From assembly GCA_963775465.1 (NCBI GenBank), contig CAVZIW010000004.1, forward strand, positions 1 through 64,000: a DNA stretch of 64,000 nt. Reading direction: 5' to 3'. Shown here piece after piece: positions 39,868 to 49,679 of this stretch. The position numbers and the translations under genes were made by a program. Position 1 is the first letter of the stretch; the number at the start of each line of letters is the position of its first letter. The stretch comes from Candidatus Bathyarchaeota archaeon. Its GTDB lineage: Archaea > Thermoproteota > Bathyarchaeia > Bathyarchaeales > Bathycorpusculaceae. Below the pieces are notes generated by a model. That model was given only the letters and a program-made list of their open reading frames with translations. It had not been told where the DNA came from and did no database searches.

Positions 39868-40152
39868 AGAATAAATAAAAAATAGATAAAAGACTAAAAT
39901 TTAATCTTTCTCTCTCTCTAAAAATTCTTGTTGTTGTTCTACCAACTTTTCGTGCATAGAAAGCAGCTTTTGGAGCCTAGAACTGCAAATTTTTTCCTTA
40001 GAATAACACTGGTTTGTCTTTCTATGTTTGATTGGTTCCTCTGCTAAGCAGGAATAATTGCAGATGACCCTGCTATTTTGCCTAAATAGAGAGCACAAAG
40101 ATAACTTCAAGAACCCGTGAGTGTTATTCTATTATTAGAAGGAGATAATTAC

Positions 40153-40278
40153 ATGAGTAAGAGAGGAGAAACTGGAGAGCAGGATCGGTCAAAACCTCAG
40201 CCGCAGAAAAAGAAGGATAGAGAGGCTAAACGTAAAGATAAGAAGTCTGCCAGGCTTGAAAGACAAAAGTCCAGATAG
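40153..40278 (+). CDS. Unannotated 41-aa highly basic microprotein
   Basis: AAGGAG SD; MSKRGETGEQDRSKPQPQKKKDREAKRKDKKSARLERQKSR. Confidence 0.5.
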   Translation: MSKRGETGEQDRSKPQPQKKKDREAKRKDKKSARLERQKSR

Positions 40279-40513
40279 GGTTTTGGATAATTAAACAATT
40301 CTGTTTATAACTCTCTAATTTTTAAACAAAGAAGAAATAGAGAAGAAATTATTAGTGTTCAAGATTTTACTTGTTAGTGAATGTAAATAATAATATCTTG
40401 GCATTTTTAGTTGGATTGAATTTTAATGCACACACTAATAAAGTTCGGAACACCAAGTATTCTTTGAGTCCTAATCAAAACTGAAGCGAGTGTTTAAAAA
40501 AGAAAAATAGAAG

Positions 40514-40855
40514 TTGATTGACCTGAAAGATACAAAAAAAGAGGCAATATGGGGGCAAGTGGAAAAAATTGGCAAAGGCACAAAAGCAAATTACGACTCA
40601 TCAAATAAGACAATCACATTTTGTTTTAACAGAAACCCCGAAACATCAAGTGACTTTTTGAAAAAATCTCGCGAACGACTCATGCAAGAGTTAAAAGACC
40701 TGGGCTATACCAGTTGCATGAAGTATAACGGGGAAGTAATTGTAGATAACATTGGAAAGGAAGATGTGGTTCTTGAAAAGAAAAACCATAAACTCATAAT
40801 ACGATTAAACAAGAAACAAACCGAACAAAAAGCCAAAATAACAGACAGCGATTGA
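40514..40855 (+). CDS. Hypothetical protein
   Basis: 113-aa Lys-rich ORF; no motif recognised. Confidence 0.55.
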   Translation: MIDLKDTKKEAIWGQVEKIGKGTKANYDSSNKTITFCFNRNPETSSDFLKKSRERLMQELKDLGYTSCMKYNGEVIVDNIGKEDVVLEKKNHKLIIRLNKKQTEQKAKITDSD

Positions 40856-40925
40856 TTTCATGCTCGCTGGTTCAATTATACTTGGTTTCATTGCTTTTTA
40901 TGAGTGGTAAGTTTTTTTAATATTT

Positions 40926-41153
40926 TTACCCCTTACAATATTCTACTATCCAACCATCCAAACCATATGAAAAACATTTGGGATCGGCTATCCTTGGAAT
41001 AGGATGTTTGAGATTTTTGCTGTTGTTCCAGCCTCCAACTAACATTTGGGCTCTTGCGTAACAATAACAGCGATCATGGTCACAACCACTGCCATAAACA
41101 TCAAGGCGAAGAGGGTAAGCGCACCGTTCTACCTCTTTCTTTTGAATGGGCAA
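40926..41153 (-). pseudogene. Radical SAM fragment (SPL-like N-terminus)
   Basis: YPLRLDVYGSGCDHDRCYCYAR, a CxxxCxxC motif with the second Cys replaced by Arg; truncated. Confidence 0.65.
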
Positions 41154-41355
41154 GAAGATTCACCTAAAAGAGTATGAGACTGACAGTTTAGCTGAAGATA
41201 TAAACGCATTCTTTGATCGCATGGTTGATATTGAAAGAATCAAAGTTGGAAATAGACAAACAATTGACACTCTAATTAGCGAAGAAGCGCTTCTATTTGG
41301 AAGATATCTGAGAAATGAAAAGAAAGAGTGGACGCCAAGGCTGGTAGTCCAATGA
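41146..41355 (+). pseudogene. Probable C-terminal remnant of a Cas1-solo/casposase-like gene
   Basis: RIKVGNRQTIDTLISEEALLFGRYLRNEKKEWTPR resembles, from memory, C-termini of archaeal stand-alone Cas1; in-frame stop immediately upstream. Confidence 0.55.
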
Positions 41356-41417
41356 CTACGATAAACAAATAGGATGGTGCTGGAATTCGATTTTCACCGT
41401 ATTCAATCATAATTTCC

Positions 41418-42325
41418 CTAATTGGAAGGTATTTTGGCTATTTCACATTTGATTTCTGAAATAAGTTCTGCCCTCGACTTTTCTCCCTCAGGTCTATTAT
41501 CGTCCCAAATTAGGTCTTGTTTTAGACATCTAATTGCTTTGTTGAAATAACGCTGAGCTTCCTTCCATTTTTTATGTTGTATGCAAACTTCTGCTCTCAG
41601 ACGAAAATTTTCATAGTGTCCCTTATCAAATTCTGTCAATATTCTGGATAATCTGTAAGCTTCTTGCATCTCTTTGTGAAGTCCATCTTTAACAAGAAGA
41701 TATAGCGAATACCTAATGGTATTTTGGAACTTTCTTCGAGTTGAATCGGACAAGACTCCCAAATTTGGATAATCGAAGTGGTAGACTCCTTTAATCCCTT
41801 TTCCTCCTTTATATAAAACTCGCGGAATGCCATAGAATGAGCTAAGTTGAACTGTATCTTGTTCAATAATGCGGAGAAAATCAGTGTTTGGGTCTGGTGC
41901 TTTTTTTAAGACCTGTGAACCATCAACCCTTAATGAATGCTCTTGACTCCTTTTTCCAGTTGCTTACTCCATTTTTCTCGATTAGCTTGCGCGGAAATCC
42001 AATGGCAGATATCATTTTGTAGGTCATATACGACAATATATACTGGATAGAATTGACTAAGCCAAAATGCTATGGCGTCTCGACTGATTTTCCTTCTCCA
42101 ATGTGAAGTGAATCGAGCAGGTGTTTTCACTTCAACAAAAAAAATTTCGTTCGAAGGCTTGTTTTCTTTATACAATCTGCAAATATAATCAATCGCGTAT
42201 TCTGATAGACGGATGGGACTTGAGACCTGAGCAATGGGTTTCAAAACGACCTCTGTTGCAGATTCGCCTACTCCAGCGTTCCTTTGGTCTAAAGGAATTC
42301 CTTTGTTTTGAGATATCTTAGCCAA
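41418..42325 (-). pseudogene. DUF4365-like (restriction endonuclease fold) + TPR-like protein split by one frameshift
   Basis: EYAIDYIC...FFVEVKT...FWL...PVYIVVYD; -1 shift near 41935 continues SLRVDGSQ...NLGVLSDSTRRKFQ into ORF 41418..41762. Confidence 0.7.
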
Positions 42326-42500
42326 GCCTTCTCTTTTCTAAAAATGGGACGCAACTATCACGCTTATAGCTTTATAACTTCCAGATAAAACTTTGGCTAT
42401 TTTTAAAAAACGCGTTGTTTGTTTGTCTTGTCTGGTTGTCAAGACTGGGCGCTTCATAAAAAGCCCTAAACTATATCTTCCTAATTTCTTTCAACTTGCC

Positions 42501-42620
42501 TTATATCAAGTTAAAAAGAAATTTCAAAGCAGCAACAAGAATTATTATTAATACAACTACTACAATAGCATACCAGAGCCACCCAGCTAAACCAGCTTTT
42601 AAGTTACGCAAAAACCTCAT
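42501..42620 (-). CDS. Unannotated 39-aa single-TM microprotein
   Basis: GGGGTGA SD; MRFLRNLKAGLAGWLWYAIVVVVLIIILVAALKFLFNLI. Confidence 0.65.
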   Translation of the reverse strand: MRFLRNLKAGLAGWLWYAIVVVVLIIILVAALKFLFNLI

Positions 42621-42876
42621 TTGTCCAATCACCCCTTCTATAACTGACCCATTGTCTACTTAACGATATGTGACTGTGGAACAACAACTACAACCACGCG
42701 CGGGCTGAAACAGACTGGCTTACAGGTTGATAGACAGTGACTGACAGATAGACACATTATTTACGAATAGTGTTTGTTGCTGCGGGTGCTTAAGGGTTAG
42801 TAGTATAGTAAGAGTATTTTATAAATTGAGAGAAAGAGTAAAATTTAATTAAAAAAATCAGACAATTCTCTGTCTT

Positions 42877-43158
42877 TTACTGTGTTTTGTACTCCTTGAG
42901 ATTTTCTAATTCTTCAAGAGATTTGTAGACCGTTATTACATCGCCGATGTGCCTAACGACATTCGTAGGCAAAGACACTGTTATTGAACCCATCATAGGT
43001 TTCTTAAATCCAAGAGCTTCACAAGCTTCTTTGGTAAGCTCTACTTGTAAATATTTTAGATGCCACGAGATTGTTTCAACGTCGGAATTCTCGACTTCGC
43101 CAAGAGTAAAAGCATCAGAAGTAATTACCTTCATCCCATTCAATCTACTAACTTTCAT
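42877..43158 (-). CDS. PRC-barrel domain protein
   Basis: LNGMKVITSDAFTLGEV...VRHIGDVITV. Confidence 0.85.
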   Translation of the reverse strand: MKVSRLNGMKVITSDAFTLGEVENSDVETISWHLKYLQVELTKEACEALGFKKPMMGSITVSLPTNVVRHIGDVITVYKSLEELENLKEYKTQ

Positions 43159-43270
43159 TCAAAACCACCAAAAATAAGGTCCTCAAGAGACTATTTGAAC
43201 GTTATTAAAACTCGAATCGTTCCAACAAGCCATTTAGCGTAATCGCAGGTTTAAAAAAAGAAAAATCTGG

Positions 43271-43432
43271 TTATTTCCAGAGCTTTTTGCCCGTCAACAG
43301 CCAAACTACAATCAAGATTACAGCTATCACTAGCAGAATATGTATCAATGACCCGACGCCTGGCAAAGCAAAAAAACCAACCAACCAAAGAACCACAAGA
43401 ATAAGAACAATAGCTACTATAGTGTTTATCAA
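43271..43432 (-). CDS. Unannotated lmo0937/DUF5670-like small membrane protein
   Basis: MINTIVAIVLILVVLWLVGFFALPGVGSLIHILLVIAVILIVVWLLTGKKLWK. Confidence 0.75.
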   Translation of the reverse strand: MINTIVAIVLILVVLWLVGFFALPGVGSLIHILLVIAVILIVVWLLTGKKLWK

Positions 43433-43516
43433 ATATCCCTTCTATCCAAAAAGGTATGTTCCTAATGGCGCTTAAGCCTATGTGACTGTATGACCACAAC
43501 CACACACGCATAATAG

Positions 43517-43882
43517 TTGATTTCAACAACCTTAAGCAAGTTAGAGGTATATATTTTGGGTGCCATAGAAGAAGTAATCAATTTTATCACTGCTGGAAGC
43601 ATAGGTGGTTTACCACCAATTGTTCTAATGATTATTCCATTTATCATCGGACTTATCGTTGGCTATATTGCCCACAAAATGTTGAAAATAGCAATTATTG
43701 CAGCCATAATACTTGTTGTAGTTGCTTATTTTGGGTTTTTCGGTTTAAGCCTTGGCGCATTAAGTAACATTGCAGAAACATACGGCCCCATAGCAATACA
43801 ATATGGAACCCTGCTAATGGGCATCCTTCCATTAGGCATAGGACTCATTGTCGGCTTCATCATCGGTTTCGTATTCTCTTAA
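43517..43882 (+). CDS. Small multi-TM protein (FUN14-like)
   Basis: GLIVGYIAHKMLKIA...GLIVGFIIGF. Confidence 0.65.
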   Translation: MISTTLSKLEVYILGAIEEVINFITAGSIGGLPPIVLMIIPFIIGLIVGYIAHKMLKIAIIAAIILVVVAYFGFFGLSLGALSNIAETYGPIAIQYGTLLMGILPLGIGLIVGFIIGFVFS

Positions 43883-43906
43883 GAAACATGTTCTTTCTGA
43901 TGAAAT

Positions 43907-45007
43907 TTGGCAAAACCGATGAACAAAGCTAAAATCAAATCAAGTTTTTTTAGAGCAAAGACCGCCAAAATTCGAGAGGACACAGAAATAAAGCGTGAAT
44001 CCATCTATTCAACAGTTGAAGAGAATGCCAGCAGACATTACCAGAATACGTTCAAGTTAGGTCTAAGATTAAGTCGCGGATTATTTTCAAACTTGGTTGG
44101 TGTTAGGGTTCCGCTGTTTTGTGGTCATAAATTAACTTACAATTGTAACCTTAAATGTAAAATGTGTCCTTTCTGGAAAAGACCCAATATAGATTTGAGT
44201 ACGGAGAATGAAAAAGCAGTTCTTAGACAGATTTATGATTCAGGTGCTTGTGCAATCGCGTTTGAAGGCGGAGAGCCACTTCTAAGAAAAGATTTGGGCG
44301 AAATTCTTGCTTTCTCTAAATCTTTACCTCTGCAAACAAGCTTGATAACTAATGGTACTCTTCTTGAATCAAAAATAGATGAGGTAGCCCAATACATCAA
44401 TGGCGCAATCTACGTTTCGTTAGATGGTCTGGAGAAAACTCATGAATCAATCAGGGGCGTTAGTGGTTGTTTTAAAAAAGCGATTCAAGGCATAATTGCA
44501 GCGTCCAAAAAGGTCTCTGTGATAATCAACACTACAATAATGGCTGAGAATGTTGATGAGATTGAAGAATTAGTGAGGTTGGCAAAGGATTTGGATGTAA
44601 AAATATCCTTGGCAGTTGCTCATGAGTACTTTGAGGCAGAAGCAGCTTCTCCTGTTAATCTTGAAATTAGAAATATAGCTGAAAAACTTGTTGAGCTAAA
44701 GAAGAATGGTTATCCTCTTATGAATTCAATCAGCTATTTTAAAGTCATCGCAAAACAGAAAAAATGGACTTGCAAACCTTGGCTGACAATCAATGTAAGC
44801 CCTGATGGATCCTTGGTTTTACCCTGTTATGTTCGGAATGGATATGCGAAGACTGTTTCAGTTCTTGAAACCAGTATCAAAACTGCGATTTCTGAGTATA
44901 ACTGGAAGAAAACACGGAAGTGCCATGATTGCACCCTGCATTGTTATGTTGAGCCATCTCTTGCTCTTTCCTATGATTTTGGAGCCTTTTTGAATTGGGC
45001 ATTATGA
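43907..45007 (+). CDS. Radical SAM/SPASM-like protein (archaeal; start probably downstream)
   Basis: CNLKCKMC, GGEPLL, TNG, SLDG; C-terminal C..PC..CHDC...C. Confidence 0.88.
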   Translation: MAKPMNKAKIKSSFFRAKTAKIREDTEIKRESIYSTVEENASRHYQNTFKLGLRLSRGLFSNLVGVRVPLFCGHKLTYNCNLKCKMCPFWKRPNIDLSTENEKAVLRQIYDSGACAIAFEGGEPLLRKDLGEILAFSKSLPLQTSLITNGTLLESKIDEVAQYINGAIYVSLDGLEKTHESIRGVSGCFKKAIQGIIAASKKVSVIINTTIMAENVDEIEELVRLAKDLDVKISLAVAHEYFEAEAASPVNLEIRNIAEKLVELKKNGYPLMNSISYFKVIAKQKKWTCKPWLTINVSPDGSLVLPCYVRNGYAKTVSVLETSIKTAISEYNWKKTRKCHDCTLHCYVEPSLALSYDFGAFLNWAL

Positions 45008-45250
45008 TAAAGATTACAGAACGTCCAGCTTAGCTTATTAATTATTTAGTTTACAGGAGCAAAGTTCTGGTTTTGTACTATCCAGGTTTGTTTTATTTTG
45101 TGTTTTTGTAAGTGACCCCGTAACTTAGACACATTGACAGACAGACATTATTCACAAATGTGGATGCCAGAGTGGGAGTAAGTAGTCATATGGGTTTGAG
45201 TTCGAGAGTAAAGTGAGAAAAGCTAAAATTTTATCAAACCACCATTTCTG

Positions 45251-46447
45251 TTATTGGTTCAATGGAAGGTCAATATTAAACCGTGTTCCTTTTCCTATCT
45301 CGCTCTCAAAAGTCACGTTGCCTTTCAATGCTTCAGTCAATTTTTTAACGACTGCCAACCCAAAACCTTGACCCTTTGGTTTCGTAGTTACCAAGGGCAT
45401 GAAGATTTTATCTCTTACCTCAAATGGTATACCTTGCCCTGTGTCCTCAACGCTCAGGAGCGCTTTATCTTTTGTACGTTTCACCTTCACGGATAATGTT
45501 CCACCATTTGCCATAGCTTGTATTGCGTTAGAAACCAGATTTGTGAGTATTCGCTTCATATATACACGGTCAGTTATGAGCGCCAGAGAACCCTCTTCGA
45601 GTACAAGAGAAATTTGTATTGCTTCAGGAATAATCATACCTGATATTGCTTCGTTTATGATTTTTTCTAATGCGACATTCTCTAAGGTTGGGTTTGGAGT
45701 TTTAGCAAAGTCTTGCAGGTCAGCAACTATTTTGTCTATGTAAGACATGTTTTCTTCGATATTGTCAATGCTTTCCTTGATACTGTTTTTGTCTTCACTT
45801 TCAGGTAAATGGTCAATATCCTTTTTTGCCAAGTATGTTTCGTTCCATATTGCTTGTAGGGGGTTTCTAATGTCATGCCCAATCATGCCTGCGGTTTGTC
45901 CAATTGCCGAGAGTCTTTCAGCATCCTTAAGTTGTTTAACCTGTTGTGAAACAAGCTTTTCCAAATGCTTCATGTGTAAGTCGAGTTTATCTTCAAGGTC
46001 TCTCTTTTCTGAAATGTCTTCGAAAATAGCAACTGATCCAATGATTTTGCCATCAGTACCAATCAAGGGAGCCGATGTTGAAGAAACAAGTATTCTTGAA
46101 CCATCAGGTCTCTCGATTATTGATTCATCGTTGAAGATTTTTTTCACCTTTCAAAGCGCGGTTTGCTGGAAGTTTTTCAGGGGGTAGATTTCGCCATTTG
46201 GTTTGAGCAGTTTCATCATTTTTGATGAGTGGTTGTGGGTTTCAAGTTCTAGGGGGTTAACACCATAAAGCTCTATGGCGCGGTCATTAGCGAATGTTAT
46301 TTTTCCATACGGACTTTCAAGAATGATTATTCCCACGGGAACAAGTTTCAAAATTGAATATATTCCAGTTCCAGCAAATTCGCCATTAAGCTTGTTGGGC
46401 ACAATATCCCCTAACGATGTTGTTTTAACAAATAGGTTTATTCTCAC
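45251..46447 (-). pseudogene. PAS histidine kinase interrupted by two compensating indels and an in-frame stop
   Basis: ORFs 46151..46447 (PAS) and 45251..46147 (PAC-HisKA-HATPase, HDIRNPLQAI) are in the same frame, separated by TGA. Confidence 0.75.
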
Positions 46448-46690
46448 ATATATTTTTTTTGTAAATTGAGCAAATTTAAAACTTCTTTTTCTATTTTTAA
46501 CACAATCCTTTCTTTCTGGGTTTTTTAATTGTACTGCAAAAACAGAGTCCTTGCGTGCAGAGGGAGGTGCCTTGGAACAGTGGTATCCGTTACGAGAGGT
46601 GTTTTTGCTTTTCTAATTCAGCCTGTTTGTTTGTCTTCTTGTCTTGTGTGTGTGAGAGAGAGAGAAAGACTAAAATTTAATGAAGAAAAG

Positions 46691-46897
46691 CTATTTTGCC
46701 TCAACTTCGTCCTTCTTCTTGGCTTTAAAATGAGGGCAAGCTGACTCTTTGGGGTTTACATTAGTGAAATGAAAATATCTACAGGTTCCTTTATTAAAAT
46801 TGGTGCAATCTCCATGCTTGTATTTGTAAAAATCCATCCTTGGAGCGCCACTTTGAATTCGTTGGATGGCTTTTCGCAACAAACTTATTCTTTTCAC
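46691..46897 (-). CDS. Small Cys-containing hypothetical protein
   Basis: HGDCTNF..GTC...ACPHF. Confidence 0.55.
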   Translation of the reverse strand: MKRISLLRKAIQRIQSGAPRMDFYKYKHGDCTNFNKGTCRYFHFTNVNPKESACPHFKAKKKDEVEAK

Positions 46898-47058
46898 CTT
46901 CAGTAATTTTAGTACATTTTAAGATAAGGAGATATTTACCTCTTCGTCTTTCTCTCTTTTAACTATTACTTCTTTTGTTCAATTCTATACTGCTGAATTT
47001 TTCTGCAACAATACTAATAGAACGGTATGCAATGAAAAAAGGGACGGTTCTGATCGTA

Positions 47059-47925
47059 TTACTCATGGCTATTTTCATTTTTTGTTAGGAACCGAAGGAA
47101 TGGTCGGAGTTTTGTTGGGCTTACAAAGAAGGCAGGAACTTTTTTACGGTAGTCGCTATATGAGTTGCCAAATCGTTTGATTAGTTCTCTTTCTTCGATG
47201 AAACGAATGTGAATGTAAAATGCGCCTAAAAAGACCAGGTATGCTAAAAAGGAAAAACCGGTGAAAATGAAGAAAGTTCCTCCTAGACCTATTATGAGAG
47301 CTCCAGCGTATGTTGGGTGGCGAAGAACTGAGTAAATCTCGTTTTTTTGTATCTTGCTCTCCTCTGGGAAATAAAGGTACAAAACGACCATGTAATCAAT
47401 CCCAAAAACCTGAATCGCTCGAATAACCATCAGTAATCCTGTCAATAACAGAATCACCGCTACCGTGTATCTAATAATTAGAATCGCTGGCGCTGCAATT
47501 CCGATGTAGGTTTCAATTGGCGTTGCTAGAAATTTTAGAGGCGAGTTTGACCAAAAAGTTGGAGCGAACAAGTAATAGGGGATATATTGGTTGATCGCAC
47601 CGGTCAAAATCCAAACGACCCCTCCGAATCCGACAAAAAATATACGTTGGTAAGATGTTTGTCCATACTTCACCTTTAGGCGATTTCGCCAAAACCACAT
47701 TTGCCATACCAGAATAAATCCGATACTTATAACCAAAATTACACCGAACAATGGATAAAGTGCCGCTAATACAACTGAAGAAATCGAAGGCAGAGAATCA
47801 AAAGTAATGTAGGTAAAAAAGGCAACTGCAGCCATTAACAATACAAAGATTGGTAGAATCACAATCTTTTTGCCTGAAAGGATAGGGATTTTTTGTCTAA
47901 ACTTATCTAACCCTTTTAGGGGCAC
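47059..47925 (-). CDS. ICMT/PEMT-family membrane methyltransferase
   Basis: IYSVLRHPTY...EERELIKRFG..YSDYRKKVP. Confidence 0.85.
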   Translation of the reverse strand: MPLKGLDKFRQKIPILSGKKIVILPIFVLLMAAVAFFTYITFDSLPSISSVVLAALYPLFGVILVISIGFILVWQMWFWRNRLKVKYGQTSYQRIFFVGFGGVVWILTGAINQYIPYYLFAPTFWSNSPLKFLATPIETYIGIAAPAILIIRYTVAVILLLTGLLMVIRAIQVFGIDYMVVLYLYFPEESKIQKNEIYSVLRHPTYAGALIIGLGGTFFIFTGFSFLAYLVFLGAFYIHIRFIEERELIKRFGNSYSDYRKKVPAFFVSPTKLRPFLRFLTKNENSHE

Positions 47926-48250
47926 TCTTAAACCTCAAAAAAATATTGCTGCGCGAGTATAACAAATTATCCTATATTAGCAGATTAGCATCGAGTTTTT
48001 TATTGTCACAACCATTTTCTAACTTCACTTTCTTAATTTACCATCATAGAACCCCAGCAAAAAATTAATGAATCAACCCATTTTGGCTTAGAATTGTTGT
48101 TGTAGCTGCACAATAACATAAACTAAAAGCCTTGTTTGCATATTTCTATAGATGTGTGCTCTTAGAATAACTAAAAGATCACATTAAACATCAAGCATAA
48201 TGTTAGCAATACCAATATCACTCAAGTAGATGTGTAAAGGAAGTTTTTTA

Positions 48251-48412
48251 ATGCCTGTACCCAAACCTAAGCCTGAAGAATCCGAGAGGGAATACATTTC
48301 CCGATGTGAAAAATTCATGCACGAAGAAAACAATAATAAACCTGAAGGTGAAAAACGCTCAAACCAACAGATCAGCGCTATTTGTTATTCTACATGGCGC
48401 AAAAAAAGCTAA
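48251..48412 (+). CDS. Small protein resembling a phage-associated two-Cys helical domain
   Basis: MPVPKPKPEESEREYISRC...QQISAICYSTWRK. Confidence 0.65.
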   Translation: MPVPKPKPEESEREYISRCEKFMHEENNNKPEGEKRSNQQISAICYSTWRKKS

Positions 48413-48565
48413 GAGCGCACAAAAAAATTCCACAATTAACAGCAACAAATCATTGTGTAGCTACCTTTTTTGTTGTAGATGTAGTTTTTTTAACTCTATT
48501 GGGCTGCGAATTTTAAACTTTTTCTTCTTCCAGTCAATAATTAAACTAAGAAAGAAATTAACATG

Positions 48566-48901
48566 TTAGAGACGTAGATTACTTTGGGTTGCACTCAATT
48601 CCTTTAGGGTGCTTTGAAGGTTCTTCTTTATATCTCCGACGTAAAGCGCTCTGTTCTGTATCCCTTTCTGAACGGCCCCTGCCACAAGAAAACCCGCCCC
48701 GATGATTTCTCCGACTGGAGAAGGATCAGGAAACACGATACATGCCACTCCAATTTTTATCAGGTTCGACTTGTTGCCTTCACGCCACAGCTTTTTTGCT
48801 CTCGAGGTCTCTTTGGCTGTTGATTTGATTGCACTGCAGGTTTCTGCGTAGCATTCAGTTAGTGAATGCAGCGATTTAGCTGTAAGTTTTGCTTTTTCCA
48901 A
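48566..48901 (-). CDS. Hypothetical protein
   Basis: 111 aa; GAGG SD; central hydrophobic hairpin FPDPSPVG. Confidence 0.65.
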   Translation of the reverse strand: MEKAKLTAKSLHSLTECYAETCSAIKSTAKETSRAKKLWREGNKSNLIKIGVACIVFPDPSPVGEIIGAGFLVAGAVQKGIQNRALYVGDIKKNLQSTLKELSATQSNLRL

Positions 48902-49318
48902 TAGTTGAACCTCAATGCACTATGTAGCGACAAAATAGAAAAGCTTTAGAAAAAAAACAGCCGTTTTTTCAGCCTGCTCGCGTTTCTAAAGGCGCCCCAG
49001 TGTTAACAAAGCAATAAATCCGCACGGAAAAAGCCAACCAGATTGAAACAATTATGCTAAATGCAAAAACAATACGGTTTATAAAGAAAAGAAACAAAGA
49101 AAGAAAACTTCTCATATTTCTGATTGTTTCTTGGAACTTTTAGCAATAAATTACTTTGCAGCAAACCTTTTTCAAAATACTTTAACTATAACAAAATTTT
49201 GTTAGCGTTTAAGCAAAAAGAATTTTAGAGTTAATTTCTTTCAAATGAAAACCAATTAATAGTTTAACTTTGACAAAAAGCATATAACTACACACTCTAC
49301 CTACATATTAGAGGTATT

Positions 49319-49609
49319 TTGTTGGATATTAAAAAAATTCAAGGGATGAAGGTAATAACTTCACAAGCCTACACTCTTGGAGAAGTGAAAGGATTTGAAA
49401 TTAACGTGCAAACGTGGGACATTACGCATCTTTATATAAAACTAACAGACGAAGCCGCAAACCAACTCGGATTTAAGAAAAGATTCCGAAGCTCCACCGT
49501 TTGTATGGCAGTGGGACTGATAAAAGCTGTAGGCGAATACGTAACAATAGACAAATCATTAACTGAAATAGAAAACTCCCCAGACATAACAGCATGTAAA
49601 AAAAAATAG
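49319..49609 (+). CDS. PRC-barrel domain protein
   Basis: GMKVITSQAYTLGEV...IKAVGEYV; paralog of 42877..43158. Confidence 0.85.
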   Translation: MLDIKKIQGMKVITSQAYTLGEVKGFEINVQTWDITHLYIKLTDEAANQLGFKKRFRSSTVCMAVGLIKAVGEYVTIDKSLTEIENSPDITACKKK

Positions 49610-49679
49610 CAATTGTGAAGATATGAATTTGCAGTAGATAAATCTTATAAAGTAATCTCTTGCTAAATTTATCAACTAC

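Noticed and set aside
39901-40110. 69-aa minus-strand ORF
   Set aside because: No start context or motif; at most a decayed gene end, so it cannot be called.
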